64,000 bases of DNA from Herpetosiphon aurantiacus DSM 785 (GCA_000018565.1 CP000875.1:313199-377198); one strand, 5' to 3'; shown: positions 1 through 10,242, numbered from the stretch's first letter. Made by a program: numbers and translations. Notes: a model not told the origin generated them from the sequence alone.

Positions 1-1562
1 GATTCAACTTGCGCATGGCCGATGCGGGTTGGCAATACCCAACGCACGCTGCCTTTGGCACGTTTCTTATCTAAGTTCAAAGCTGCCAAAGTCGCCTCGA
101 TATCCAAATCACGCGGCAGGGCGGTTGGTAATTCGAGTGCTTGCAACAAAGCCCGTTGACGCTCGGCCTCGGCGCTAGACCACATGCCAAGTTGCACTGC
201 CAGATTGGCAGCAAAGGTCATGCCAATCGCTACTGCTTCGCCATGCACATAGCGTTTGTATTGGGTCGCGGCCTCGACGGCTTGGCCCAAGGTATGGCCA
301 TAATTGAGCAACATGCGTTCGCCAGTTTCGCGTTCGTCGCGATTGACCACGCCAATTTTGACCGCCGCCGAGCGTACCAACAGATCGCTGGTTATTTTGG
401 CGGGCACATCATTGAGGCTTGCCCCTGCTTGCTCCAAATCAGCGAACAACTGCGCATCAGCAATCACGCCATGTTTGACGGCTTCGGCCCAGCCTGCTGC
501 CCGCTCGCGACGCGGCAAACTGCTCAATACTGCATCATCAATTAACACCAAACGTGGCGGATGAAACGCACCGATCAAATTTTTGCCCCGTGGATGATTA
601 ATGCCTGTTTTGCCACCAATGCTGCTATCGATCATCGCCAAAATTGTGGTTGGCAATTGCACGACCGCGATGCCGCGCAAAATTGAGGCCGCGATAAAGC
701 CCGCTAAATCGCCAACCACGCCGCCGCCCAACGCCAACACCGTATCGCCACGCTGCACGCCATTTTCGAGCAGCCATGTATATAATTCGCCTGCTTGCTG
801 CCATGATTTGCTAGCCTCTTGCGCCGGAATATCGTAGCGTTGGCAGCTGAAACCGGAGTTTTCTAAGGCTTGAATCAAGGTTGGCGCATACATCGGCCCA
901 ACATGACTGTCGCTGATTAGCCAGCATGTGCCAGTGAGGCCAAGATTGGCTAATTCATTGGGTAGGGCTGCCAGTGCGCCGCTTTTGACATAATAACGAC
1001 TGTTGAATGAGCTAAACACTTCGCTGACCTGCGGTTTGCCCACTAAACCCCAAGCCCGAATGAGTTGTTCGACCACAATTTGTGGAGCCAAGCCATCGGT
1101 CTGGATCGTCCAGTTGGCAAGGGTGCTGTAAAGTGGCAAACGCTCGGCGAGCTGAATCACCAGTTGTTCATTAATATCGCTCGCCAGCAATGGCCGAGGA
1201 TTGGCTTGATCGGCAGTTAAACGTTTAACCAAGGTGCTGATGGCGCTGGTGAGATAGACACACCAAGCCTGTTCACGCAGCAATTGCCGATTAATTTCGC
1301 GCAAAACGATGCCGCCACCACAGGCGATGACGGCTTGATCTGTTTGTAGTGCTTGGACCAAAGCGGCGGTTTCGCGCTCACGAAAGCCTGCTTCGCCCTC
1401 TTGGCTAAAAATGTCGCTAATACTTTTTTCAGCGCGTTCGATAATCAGTTGATCTAAATCGATAAAACGCCAGCCGAGCGCTTGGGCTAAACCTACGCCA
1501 ACCGTACTTTTGCCTGCGCCGCTTGGGCCAATTAATGCAATCGATTGCCCAGATGGTTGCAT
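1..1562 (-). CDS. aroKB: Bifunctional shikimate kinase / 3-dehydroquinate synthase (AroK-AroB fusion), partial, runs off window start
   Basis: The reverse-complement translation from ATG 1560-1562 starts MQPSGQSIALIGPSGAGKSTVG..., with a Walker A motif typical of shikimate kinase. The frame stays open to position 1. My hand translation shows 3-dehydroquinate synthase motifs (GGGVVGDLAGF, DSSIGGKTG). The ORF track omits it because it is partial. Confidence 0.75.
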   Translation of the reverse strand, partial: MQPSGQSIALIGPSGAGKSTVGVGLAQALGWRFIDLDQLIIERAEKSISDIFSQEGEAGFRERETAALVQALQTDQAVIACGGGIVLREINRQLLREQAWCVYLTSAISTLVKRLTADQANPRPLLASDINEQLVIQLAERLPLYSTLANWTIQTDGLAPQIVVEQLIRAWGLVGKPQVSEVFSSFNSRYYVKSGALAALPNELANLGLTGTCWLISDSHVGPMYAPTLIQALENSGFSCQRYDIPAQEASKSWQQAGELYTWLLENGVQRGDTVLALGGGVVGDLAGFIAASILRGIAVVQLPTTILAMIDSSIGGKTGINHPRGKNLIGAFHPPRLVLIDDAVLSSLPRRERAAGWAEAVKHGVIADAQLFADLEQAGASLNDVPAKITSDLLVRSAAVKIGVVNRDERETGERMLLNYGHTLGQAVEAATQYKRYVHGEAVAIGMTFAANLAVQLGMWSSAEAERQRALLQALELPTALPRDLDIEATLAALNLDKKRAKGSVRWVLPTRIGHAQVE

Positions 1563-1639
1563 GTTTGTGTCCTTCCATTACCAATAATGCCAAACTTGGC
1601 ATCCCATCTGTGGCGAATGGTAGCACCTTTGGCGATGCT

Positions 1640-1776
1640 CAGGCAAATTGTTGGATCAAAAGTTGAGCAGTGGTCATTGCATTAGCCTGATCATCACCGC
1701 CAGTTGCCACAACTAGCAAAAGAATCAAGAGTATAATAACTACCAACAACATAAAAAAAATCACACCACGATCCAT
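1640..1776 (-). CDS. 45-aa hydrophobic small membrane peptide (hypothetical)
   Basis: The peptide is MDRGVIFFMLLVVIILLILLLVVATGGDDQANAMTTAQLLIQQFA. A strong RBS (AAGGAGG) lies 7 nt upstream. It was not in the ORF track because it is shorter than 60 aa. Confidence 0.3.
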
Positions 1777-1935
1777 AATGCAACCTCCTTGGGAGTGTGA
1801 AACAGCCGCGCCTGCGGTTGCTATGCGGGTTTGTTTGCTGCTAGCACAATGATGCCTGATTCGCCTAGGAGTCTCTAGATGTGCAGATTACGAGTGCATT
1901 ACGTAGGTATCGCAATATGCTGAGGAATTTCTGAG

Positions 1936-2787
1936 ATGGCTATAACAACTGTGCGCGAGGCATTAATTGAGGCAGCTAGCTCTTTGATCAGCGCTTCGCT
2001 GACCCCGCAACTCGATGCCCGCGTGCTGCTGGGCCATGTGCTTGGTCTTACGCAGACCCAAATCTTGGCGGCCTTCAACGATCAGCTCTCGACTGAGCAG
2101 GTTGAGCAATTTCAGGGCTTAATTGAACGGCGTAGCGCCTTAGAACCAATCGCCTATCTGATTGGCTCGCGTGAGTTTTATGGCTTAATGTTTAACGTTG
2201 ATCGGCGGGTTTTGGTGCCACGGCCTGATACTGAGATTTTGGTGGAGCAGGCATTAACCTGGATCAAACAGCAGCAACGCCCGTTGGTGGTGGCCGATAT
2301 TGGCACGGGCAGCGGTTGTATTGCGGTGGCGGTGACCAAACATGCACCCACGATTAAAATGTATGCAGTTGATCTTTCGCCCGCTGCCTTGGCCGTGGCT
2401 CAAAGTAATGTGGAGCGCCATGGCTTGCAGCAACAGATTGAGCTGATTCATGGCGATGGTGTCAGTCAATTGCCAGAGCCAATTGATTTGCTTTTGAGCA
2501 ACCCACCCTATACCTTGCTCGACGAAATTGAGCCTGGAGTACGGTTGCACGAGCCAACCCTCGCACTCGATGGTGGCCCCGATGGGCTTGATTGCTATCG
2601 CCAATTATTGCCAGCAACGGCGGCAATTTTGCGCCAAGGCCTGCCGAGCGCAGCGCTGTTTGAGATTGGGGCTTGGCAAGGGTCAGAGGTTATTGCCCTT
2701 GCGCAAGCCAGTTTTCCGCAGGCCAAGATTCAACTTGTACGCGATTTAGCTGCCCGTGATCGGGTGGTGCAAATTGAGCAGGTCTAG
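1936..2787 (+). CDS. prmC: Release factor glutamine N5-methyltransferase PrmC/HemK
   Basis: It has the NPPY motif (LLLSNPPYTL) and a class I SAM-methyltransferase GxGxG motif (DIGTGSGCIA). Confidence 0.85.
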   Translation: MAITTVREALIEAASSLISASLTPQLDARVLLGHVLGLTQTQILAAFNDQLSTEQVEQFQGLIERRSALEPIAYLIGSREFYGLMFNVDRRVLVPRPDTEILVEQALTWIKQQQRPLVVADIGTGSGCIAVAVTKHAPTIKMYAVDLSPAALAVAQSNVERHGLQQQIELIHGDGVSQLPEPIDLLLSNPPYTLLDEIEPGVRLHEPTLALDGGPDGLDCYRQLLPATAAILRQGLPSAALFEIGAWQGSEVIALAQASFPQAKIQLVRDLAARDRVVQIEQV

Positions 2788-3827
2788 CGTGCTCCAAAGT
2801 TGACTGTCCAATAAATTTGGTATTCTGAATTGGGATTACGGGCGATCCCAACCCCAATTTCGCTGACATCGGCATATAGAATGTTGGCGCGATGACCTGG
2901 ACTTTGCATCCAAGCATCGATAATTGCTTGAGCATCGGTATAGCCAGCCGCTAAATTTTCGGCCCAAGCTCGCCATGAGTAGCCTACCCGTTGCATGCGC
3001 TGGCCTGCGTTCGAGCCATCGCTGCCAGTGTGCTCGAAAAAGTTGTTGCGAGCCATATCGTCGCTATGAATTTGGGCAGCTTGGTTGAGGGTTGGGTTGA
3101 TCGTCAAGCTGCTTAATCCAGCTTGGTTGCGTTGACGATTGATCGCATCAACCAAGGCTGTGATTTCGCTCGGATAGCTGGGGGTGGGCTGGGCTTTGAG
3201 TTCGGCTCCCAAACGGCCAAGCAGCACACCTTTTGCGCCATGATCTTCCAGCCGAGCGCGTTCAAACCACTGAGTCATCACCCAATCGCCATCGGGGTTT
3301 TGTTCGAGGAGTGGCTCGGTCAGCGGCAAGCCTAGCAAACTCAACGACTGTTCATAGGCATTCAACGAGCCATCAAGCAAGCCATGATTCAGCCAATAGC
3401 TCAAAAATGGTTCGCAAACTGAGCGCCCAGTTTCGTTAAATACTAAACAGCCTTGGGTGCTTGGGTTGGTTTTGGGAGCATTGCGCCAGTTGCCGTGGTT
3501 GCGTTCGTAGATTTCGGCTCCCAAACGGCCAAGCAGCACATCATAGGGCGCGGCCAATTCAGGGTGTAGCTCAAAGCGTTGGCGTTCAAAATATTGAGTT
3601 GTAAATGTGCCATTAGCAGTTGTTTCGCTTTGAGCAGGCGAGAGAGGATAGCCAAACACTGCCAAACCACCATTTTGTTGCCAATAGCTCAAAAAACGCC
3701 CACTAATACAATTGCTAATGCCTGGCACATCGGCAAAACACAGGCTGGTTTGGGCAGCAGCAGGTTTGGGGCTAAAACTCAAACTGCCGATAACCAAGAT
3801 CATCATCAATAGAAAACGTAGGCGCAT
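2784..3827 (-). CDS. Secreted CAP/SCP/PR-1 domain protein with two N-terminal ~80-aa repeats
   Basis: There is a signal peptide (MRLRFLLMMILVIGSLSFSPKPAAAQ). The C-terminus carries a CAP domain signature (GHRANILYADVSEIGVGIA). Tandem LLGRLGAE(I/L) repeats are present. An AAGGAG RBS precedes it. Confidence 0.7.
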   Translation of the reverse strand: MRLRFLLMMILVIGSLSFSPKPAAAQTSLCFADVPGISNCISGRFLSYWQQNGGLAVFGYPLSPAQSETTANGTFTTQYFERQRFELHPELAAPYDVLLGRLGAEIYERNHGNWRNAPKTNPSTQGCLVFNETGRSVCEPFLSYWLNHGLLDGSLNAYEQSLSLLGLPLTEPLLEQNPDGDWVMTQWFERARLEDHGAKGVLLGRLGAELKAQPTPSYPSEITALVDAINRQRNQAGLSSLTINPTLNQAAQIHSDDMARNNFFEHTGSDGSNAGQRMQRVGYSWRAWAENLAAGYTDAQAIIDAWMQSPGHRANILYADVSEIGVGIARNPNSEYQIYWTVNFGAR

Positions 3828-4039
3828 AGGTGCTCCTTGGTGCGAAGGTCGCCGTCAGTAGCTTTATTGTACCGAGGCCTGGCCTGAATCAACGCGGTAC
3901 TTTCTGGCTAAAAGCGGCTAGCACAAACTGCTACCGCTAGTCCTAGTACGATTGGCAGATTTAGCCTAGGCTAGACCTTTGTTTTTACAGCGGTTTTGCG
4001 GCATACTCGACAAACAACCAAACTACGGGAGATCAGGTT

Positions 4040-6229
4040 ATGCAACGCATTGGCTTTCCAACCTTCACTACACCATTGATTGGCCGCGATGCCGATGTTG
4101 CAGCGCTAGTAACACGTTTGCGCCAATCGCCAACCCGTTTTACCACTTTGCTCGGCCCAAGTGGCACTGGCAAAACCCGCCTGAGCATTCAAATTGCTGA
4201 TCGTTTGCACGCTGAGTTTCGTGATGGCGTGGCCTTTATTTCGTTAGCAACCCTCGACGACCCCGATTTGGTGATTCCAACAATTGCCCGCACATTTGGC
4301 TTGGCTGAACGCGGCAGTTTGGTGTATGAAGAAGCTTTAGTGCAATTTTTACGCGAACGTCAATACTTAATTGTGCTCGATAATATGGAGCAAGTGATCG
4401 AGGCTGCGCCGCATGTGATTGGCTTGCTCAGCCAAACCGAGCATGTGCGAGTGCTGGTAACCAGCCAACAAGCTGCTAATGATCCCCAAGAAGAAGTTAT
4501 TCCAATTCCACCATTGGCGATTCCGCTAGGCGGTGGCTCAGTCCAAATCGAAACTATCAGCATGAGTCCAGCGGTGGCACTCTTTTTGGATCGGATTCGG
4601 CGCGTGCGACCCGAATTTATGCTTGATCCCAATAATGCGTTGCATATTGTCGAGATTTGTCGGCGTTTGCGCGGCTTGCCCTTGGCGATTGAGTTGGTAG
4701 CAGCGCATAGCGATAAACTACGCCCCGCCGATTTGCTCTTGTTGTTGCGCAATTATCTGCCTGCTGAGCAAAATGTGGGAGCCGCGCCAGCCCCCGAACA
4801 AGTGTTACACCCCGTTTTGGATTGGTGTATTTCGTATAGTATTCCGGCGATTCGCTGGTTGTTGCCGCGCTTGGGGGTCTTTCAAGGCGAATGGACGCTG
4901 AACCAAGTTCAATTATTGGCCAACGAAGCGCCTAACACAATTGATATTGCCAAAACGCTCGAAGCTATGGTTGCCAAAGGCCTGCTGCTGAGCAACGCCG
5001 CCTCAGAAGAACCAACCTATAGCATGCTCGATACAATTCGCCAATATGCGGCCCGCCAACTCAAGCGCAATGCCCAACTCGACCATGCTTGTCACGAGCT
5101 GCATGCGAAGGCTTTTCAACAATTGGCAATCGATATTGATACTGGCATTCGCCAAGGTCAAGGCATGGTCTGGAGCAAATGTCTGAATCAAGCGATGCCC
5201 AATGTGCGCAGTGCTTTGCAATGGCTATATCAACAACAACGCTACAGCGAGATTGCCCGCTTAATTTCGAGCATGGTATTGCCGTTGTTTCAACAAGGCT
5301 ACATTCGCGAAGGATTAAGCTGGATCGCCCGCATTGGGGCACATGCTGCTAGCTTCGAGCCGGAAATTCAACTGCATTTTGGCTATGCCAATGGGCTGCT
5401 TTCCTATGCAATCAGCGATTATCCCTCGGCCTTGCAGGCCTATGGTGCGGCGCTGACCCATGCCAAAACCCTCGGCGATTTGGATTATCAAGCGCGTTTG
5501 TTGAACAATCAAGGCATGATTTACGCCGAGCAAACCAATTATGAGGCGGCCCGCCAAGCCTATGAAGCGGCCTTAACGATTCGCCAACAACAATCCAATG
5601 TTTGGGGCGAGGCGATTATTTTGAACAATCTTGGCTCAGTCACCCAATTTCAAGCTGAACACCAAGCCGCTCGTGAGTATTTCCAAGCAAGTTTGGCAAT
5701 TTACCAGCAAATGGGTGACCAAATGAGCCAAGCAGTCTCGTTTCAAAATATTGCTGGCACCCATTTGAATATGCACGAATATGCCGAGGCTGAGCACTTA
5801 TATCGTGAGAGCATCGCGATTCATCGCCAAAACGAAGAATCGCCACCATTAATTATGGCCTTGTATGGGTTGGGTTTGGCCTTGCTGCGCCAGAATGCTG
5901 ATGAACGACGTGAATCGGGCGAAGTGCTGCATCAAGCAGTCACGATGGCGGCGCGACTGAATGTCCAACGTTCATTGGCGATTGCTTTCGAAGGCTTTGC
6001 TGAATGGTTGGCGACTAGTAACCCTGAGCATGCGGCCTATTTGGTCGGCGGTGCGGCCAGTTTGCGTAATGCCTGCGATGTTGGCTACTCAGCAGTTAGT
6101 TGGCGCGACATAACCAGCTTGCGCGAACAGCTTGATCGCAACTTGGGTCAGGCTGAGCGGCAAGCCGCCGAAGCCACAGGCGAAGCCTTGAGCCAAGCCG
6201 AATTGCTGCTGCTGGTTTCTCAAGCCTGA
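4040..6229 (+). CDS. STAND-class P-loop NTPase (NB-ARC-like) with C-terminal TPR repeats
   Basis: It has a Walker A motif (LGPSGTGKTRL) and multiple TPR-like repeats (YANGLLSYAISDYPSALQAY and similar). No HTH is evident. Its 3' end overlaps the convergent marR by 10 nt. Confidence 0.7.
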   Translation: MQRIGFPTFTTPLIGRDADVAALVTRLRQSPTRFTTLLGPSGTGKTRLSIQIADRLHAEFRDGVAFISLATLDDPDLVIPTIARTFGLAERGSLVYEEALVQFLRERQYLIVLDNMEQVIEAAPHVIGLLSQTEHVRVLVTSQQAANDPQEEVIPIPPLAIPLGGGSVQIETISMSPAVALFLDRIRRVRPEFMLDPNNALHIVEICRRLRGLPLAIELVAAHSDKLRPADLLLLLRNYLPAEQNVGAAPAPEQVLHPVLDWCISYSIPAIRWLLPRLGVFQGEWTLNQVQLLANEAPNTIDIAKTLEAMVAKGLLLSNAASEEPTYSMLDTIRQYAARQLKRNAQLDHACHELHAKAFQQLAIDIDTGIRQGQGMVWSKCLNQAMPNVRSALQWLYQQQRYSEIARLISSMVLPLFQQGYIREGLSWIARIGAHAASFEPEIQLHFGYANGLLSYAISDYPSALQAYGAALTHAKTLGDLDYQARLLNNQGMIYAEQTNYEAARQAYEAALTIRQQQSNVWGEAIILNNLGSVTQFQAEHQAAREYFQASLAIYQQMGDQMSQAVSFQNIAGTHLNMHEYAEAEHLYRESIAIHRQNEESPPLIMALYGLGLALLRQNADERRESGEVLHQAVTMAARLNVQRSLAIAFEGFAEWLATSNPEHAAYLVGGAASLRNACDVGYSAVSWRDITSLREQLDRNLGQAERQAAEATGEALSQAELLLLVSQA

Positions 6230-6717
6230 TTTGGCTCTAAATCGAGCAGCCAACAGCGTAACAGCGTGGCTAATTGTTCGCGCTGCTCGCTACTCAAACT
6301 GGCAATCAAGCGTTGTTCGTTGGCTAGATGCGCCTCGACGGCTCGATTGATCAGATCTAAACCCTCAGCTGTCAGCTGCACCAACAGGCTACGCCGATCG
6401 TGCGGATCGGGAATGCGCTCGATCAAGCCACGATCGGCCAAGCGATCAAGCCGATTGGTCATGGCTCCTGATGAGAGCATCAAGGTATTGAACAAGGCGG
6501 TTGGGCTACGCTGATAGGGCGCTCCTGACCGCCGCAAACTTGCCAGCACATCAAATTCCCCGCGTTGTAAGCCAAATTGGCCGAATATCCGCGCCAAATC
6601 ACGGCTCAAATGTTGTTCCAATCGCGCAATCCGCCCAATCAAGCCCATCGGCGTAGCATCAAGTTCTGGTCGTTCGCGCTGCCACTCAGCAATAAAACTA
6701 TCAACTTGGTCGTGCAT
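6220..6717 (-). CDS. MarR-family transcriptional regulator
   Basis: It has a winged-helix MarR signature (ASLRRSGAPYQRSPTALFNTLMLSSGAMTNRLDRLADRGLIERIPDPHDRRS). Confidence 0.8.
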   Translation of the reverse strand: MHDQVDSFIAEWQRERPELDATPMGLIGRIARLEQHLSRDLARIFGQFGLQRGEFDVLASLRRSGAPYQRSPTALFNTLMLSSGAMTNRLDRLADRGLIERIPDPHDRRSLLVQLTAEGLDLINRAVEAHLANEQRLIASLSSEQREQLATLLRCWLLDLEPNQA

Positions 6718-6724
6718 AGATTAT

Positions 6725-6845
6725 CTCGATATAAAGATACTTGGCATGAAGATAGATTATATCTTGATGTCAAGATACATTGTCAATACCATCAGCATAG
6801 CATATCTGGGTGCTGGTGAAATCTAGCGAAGTTTGTGTTGATCGG
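6725..6845. promoter_or_regulatory. marR promoter/operator region with inverted repeats; homologous copy upstream of eamA at 21325-21450
   Basis: It has inverted repeats (CTTGGCATGAAGATA / TATCTTGATGTCAAG, and ATCTTGA-TG-TCAAGAT). On the minus strand a TTGACA-N19-TATAAT promoter reads into marR. Confidence 0.5.
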
Positions 6846-6869
6846 CTAATGATGGAATATGCTCTTTGA

Positions 6870-7366
6870 TTACCCGAATCGGCGGCTGGAGGATTGGATT
6901 TTAGCGCTAGTGGGGGATGATTGGCTATAGTGTGTAGGCTGGTTGGTTATCTCGAATGCTGCATCCAAATCACTGCCTTTCATTTCCCTGTTTTGGTGAG
7001 CCAGCGGCGCACCAATTAATGTTGCAACGTTGGCAACGAGGTCGGTAAAACTGGCCGGAAGTTCGAGCACATCGCAGCCAGCTGCTTGCCTTGAATAAAG
7101 GCATGATCAACCGTCGTAACCAGAACGGGGATCTGCACCGTATTCGGATCAAAATGGAGTAATTTAAGTAATGGCCAGCCTGGGGCGGATGCTTGAAGGC
7201 CTACATCGAGAATAATTAAACTCGGTTGACTATCCCGTAACTGTTGATAGGTCAGGTCGGTGGTCAGGTAGGTGGTTGTAGCATAGCCTGCTTCGAGCAA
7301 GAATTCCTGTAATAAATCCAATAACGCCACATCATTATTGACAACGGCAATCGTTTGGGGCACCAT
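6870..7366 (-). pseudogene. Stand-alone CheY-like receiver domain gene, copy A, disrupted by a 16-bp deletion (frameshift)
   Basis: The first 94 aa are identical to the intact copy B (11569-11982) apart from V13L and F22L. A 16-nt deletion relative to copy B splits the C-terminus into a second frame (ORF 6870-7070). Confidence 0.5.
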
Positions 7367-7397
7367 AGGATGCTTCTTTATTATGGACTCGCGCTTA
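6998..7397. repeat. Direct repeat DR-A (~400 bp, ~97% identical to 11597-12009)
   Basis: I aligned the two copies by eye. They include the receiver gene, the upstream CATAGGATGCT(T/C)CTTTATTATGGACT leader, and the 3' flank. Confidence 0.8.
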
Positions 7398-7512
7398 CGG
7401 GCATTAACGGCATGATAGATCTAAGCTTGATGCGTATGGGGAATTTACTTTTAGTTCCTGATGTGGTAACTCCACGGATAGTCCACATGGCTCTCATTGT
7501 GTATCACGTTCG

Positions 7513-7941
7513 TTATGACGCTTCGGGTTCGGGGTTATCTGTATCGACCAATCCATGACGGATGGCCTCGCGAGCTCGTTCCGACAATCGTTGATATGTC
7601 GCCCGAATCTGGTCTAACTCGTCCTCTTCCAACTCCTCCAGATCAAGAAGCGCATTATGAGCACCCTGCGTTGCACGGATCAATTCATCAAGCTTGATTT
7701 GAATGGCTTCTGAATCGCGCGTCTGTGTATTTTGAATCAGAAAGACCATAAGAAAGGTAATAATCGTTGTGCTCGTATTAATCACCAACTGCCATGTATC
7801 GCTCCAGCCAAACAGTGGTCCACTAATCATCCACAGGAAGATCACCCCGACCGCAAGACCAAACGTCCTTGGTCGTCCCGTGATATGGGCAGTCCACTTG
7901 GAGACTTGGGTAAACCGTGACTTCGTTTTGACGCTGTACAT
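7513..7941 (-). CDS. Low-affinity iron permease family (PF04120-like) small membrane protein
   Basis: The motifs WSDTWQLVINTSTTIITFLMVFLIQNTQTRD and IQIKLDELIRA match the family consensus. Confidence 0.6.
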   Translation of the reverse strand: MYSVKTKSRFTQVSKWTAHITGRPRTFGLAVGVIFLWMISGPLFGWSDTWQLVINTSTTIITFLMVFLIQNTQTRDSEAIQIKLDELIRATQGAHNALLDLEELEEDELDQIRATYQRLSERAREAIRHGLVDTDNPEPEAS

Positions 7942-8225
7942 ACCATATCCTTTCTATGGTACCGATGGCGGGGATGGGATAAAGACCGGCATCTCACACC
8001 AGCCGTCCTCAAAAAACCATAGGCACGTTACGTGATCTTCGGCACAAAGACATCAACTCCCAGAACTACGATTGCTGGACATCCTTGCATTGCACACCAC
8101 TAAGTCGTCAATGTGGAAGCGAATAAAGCCAACCCGAGCACCTAGGCGCTTCACCTACAACGCCTCAATAATGCGGCGAACGCATAGATTCGGAAAATGT
8201 GACTCTTCATCTTCCCAGGCACGAT

Positions 8226-8921
8226 CTAGACAGCTGTCCCAAAGATCGCTCCAACGCCAGCCGTTAATGCCATCGCAAGCGCACCCCAAAACGCCACCCG
8301 CATGGCACCGACAATAATGGACGAACCACCGGTATAGGCAGCCAATATTCCCAGCAGCGTGAGGAATATGAGTGAGGTTCCCGTTACCAAAACAACGAGA
8401 TAGGAATTAGCCGCAAGCACGGCGGTCATCAGCGGGAGTATCGCGCCAACGGCAAAGGCAGCCGCCGACGCAAGCGCTGCTTGGATGGGACGGGCACTCA
8501 TGGTTTCGGAGATCCCAAGTTCATCACGGGCGTGGGCCGCGAGTGCATCCTTCAGCATCAATTGCTCGGCGACTTGCTCAGCGAGGGATGCGTCAAGGCC
8601 ACGGCGACCATAGATGGCTGCCAGTTCCGCACGTTCGGCGTGGGCATCCACGGCGAGTTCCATGCGCTCACGGTCAATATCCGCTCGTTCCGTATCTGCC
8701 TGGGAACTGACCGATACATATTCGCCTGCGGCCATGGACATTGCCCCTGCAACCAAGCCAGCAATGCCGGCCACGACCACCGACTGATGGGATGCATTTG
8801 ATGCGGCCATCCCAACCACCAGACTGGCAGTTGAGACAATCCCATCGTTTGCGCCTAAGACTGATGCACGCAGCCAGCCGATATGCTGGGTTCGATGCTG
8901 TTCTCGATGTGACGTGACCAT
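8226..8921 (-). CDS. VIT1/CCC1 family iron/manganese transporter
   Basis: It has the LGANDGIVSTASLVVGMAAS signature. It has an N-terminal ferritin-like (Er/DUF125-like) part and a C-terminal TM part. An AAGGAG RBS precedes it. Confidence 0.75.
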   Translation of the reverse strand: MVTSHREQHRTQHIGWLRASVLGANDGIVSTASLVVGMAASNASHQSVVVAGIAGLVAGAMSMAAGEYVSVSSQADTERADIDRERMELAVDAHAERAELAAIYGRRGLDASLAEQVAEQLMLKDALAAHARDELGISETMSARPIQAALASAAAFAVGAILPLMTAVLAANSYLVVLVTGTSLIFLTLLGILAAYTGGSSIIVGAMRVAFWGALAMALTAGVGAIFGTAV

Positions 8922-9168
8922 GGTGACTCCTTTGGAATCCAGGGAGCGGGTGAACCCCGTGTCTCTGATTCTCAGCGCAATACGCTCAGTGTGCCTTCCG
9001 CTTCACCAAGTCAGGAGCAGGTTGCACCAAGCAGTGGATCAGTATGTTGATCGATCATGGTGTATGCCTATGCCCGCTCGATCAGCGATGAGCAGCGCCT
9101 TGCACGACACACATCGATCCGATTACATGCAGAGCAGACGCGATGAACTACTGTCAGCCTTTGCACGG

Positions 9169-9729
9169 TTACACACTGACAGGCTGGATGCCAAAGCGTG
9201 CTGCGACCTCGGGGGTAATCAATCCTCGGAGCGCATAGCCAAGTCCGGTGATGATGAGGCCGAGGATGAAGAACCCGAGGCCGAGGGCCATCGCACCGTA
9301 GGATGCGCCGAGCGCCATTGCCGACAAACTGAGTGAGGTCACGAGACCCGCCGCAGTGAGTTGAGTCGTGCGTGCTTGGTTTGCCACAGGCTGACCCTTC
9401 GCATCCTTCAATGCCGCATCAACGGTATTCGTGCCAGATGGGTCGCCGCTGGCAACGGCAAAACGACCCATCTGGGCATAGGATAATCCATTGGAGCTGT
9501 CAGCGGCATGATGCTGAATAAGTGCGGCCATGCTGAGCGCAGTTGCGATCCCGGTTACTGGGGCATTCGGGATCGAGGCATCCGCTGGGGTTGTAATCTG
9601 TTGGGAACGGAGTTGCTCAGCGACGAACCTATTGATAAAGATGCCAGCGCCTGTGGTGACCAATCCACCACAGGTAAAAAGAACGCCGATCACCATAACG
9701 AGCGTTGGAAAGAGTCGTATCGTTTTCAT
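9169..9729 (-). CDS. Membrane protein, TM segments at both ends (hypothetical)
   Basis: A GAGGAGG RBS precedes it. There are hydrophobic N- and C-terminal segments. Confidence 0.45.
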   Translation of the reverse strand: MKTIRLFPTLVMVIGVLFTCGGLVTTGAGIFINRFVAEQLRSQQITTPADASIPNAPVTGIATALSMAALIQHHAADSSNGLSYAQMGRFAVASGDPSGTNTVDAALKDAKGQPVANQARTTQLTAAGLVTSLSLSAMALGASYGAMALGLGFFILGLIITGLGYALRGLITPEVAARFGIQPVSV

Positions 9730-9805
9730 CCCGACCTCCTCGCTGCAATGCAGCGGTCATCGTGGTCCGATTGCTGTGGTACTTGTAGGCTCCCCGCAGG
9801 TCGAA

Positions 9806-10242
9806 TTATGACTCCACCGTCGTTTGCGCCATGGTGATTGACTCCATGTGATGGACGGTCAAGAGCATCGTGCTCGCGATCTCGGCCCGCACACTATGCG
9901 CAATGGCGGGATTGAGGAACAGGATCTGTCCCGCATCCAAGCGATGATCATTCCCTGCGATCTGGATGCTCAACCTGCCGTTCAGTACCTGAATACTGAC
10001 GATTCCTTGGGCAACATGATCGGGAAGTTCACCGCCCGCATCAAAGACAAATAAGACGAGCGTGACTGGGGCTTGACGGAACAGGGTTATCTGCCGATGC
10101 CCGTGGATCGCGGGATGCACCTCATTCACGAGGTGATCGACAGCATCGGCAAGATGCAGAATCTGATTGTTGCCGATACCGCGTGTGATGGGATGGTCGC
10201 GGAGCCGAGGTGCTCCGTTGGGGACGGGAATAGGGTCGATCA
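9806..10242 (-). CDS. Cupin-domain protein
   Basis: There is a His-rich metal-site-like motif (HPAIHGHRQ). I chose the ATG at 10242 as the start because it has an AAGGAG RBS. Confidence 0.5.

Noticed and set aside
6870-7070. 66-aa ORF treated as an independent gene
   Set aside because: It is the frameshifted C-terminal remainder of receiver copy A. It aligns with residues 100-124 of copy B.
8914-9336. 140-aa ORF overlapping VIT and the next membrane gene on the opposite strand
   Set aside because: It lies antisense to, or between, well-supported genes. It has no RBS and no motifs.
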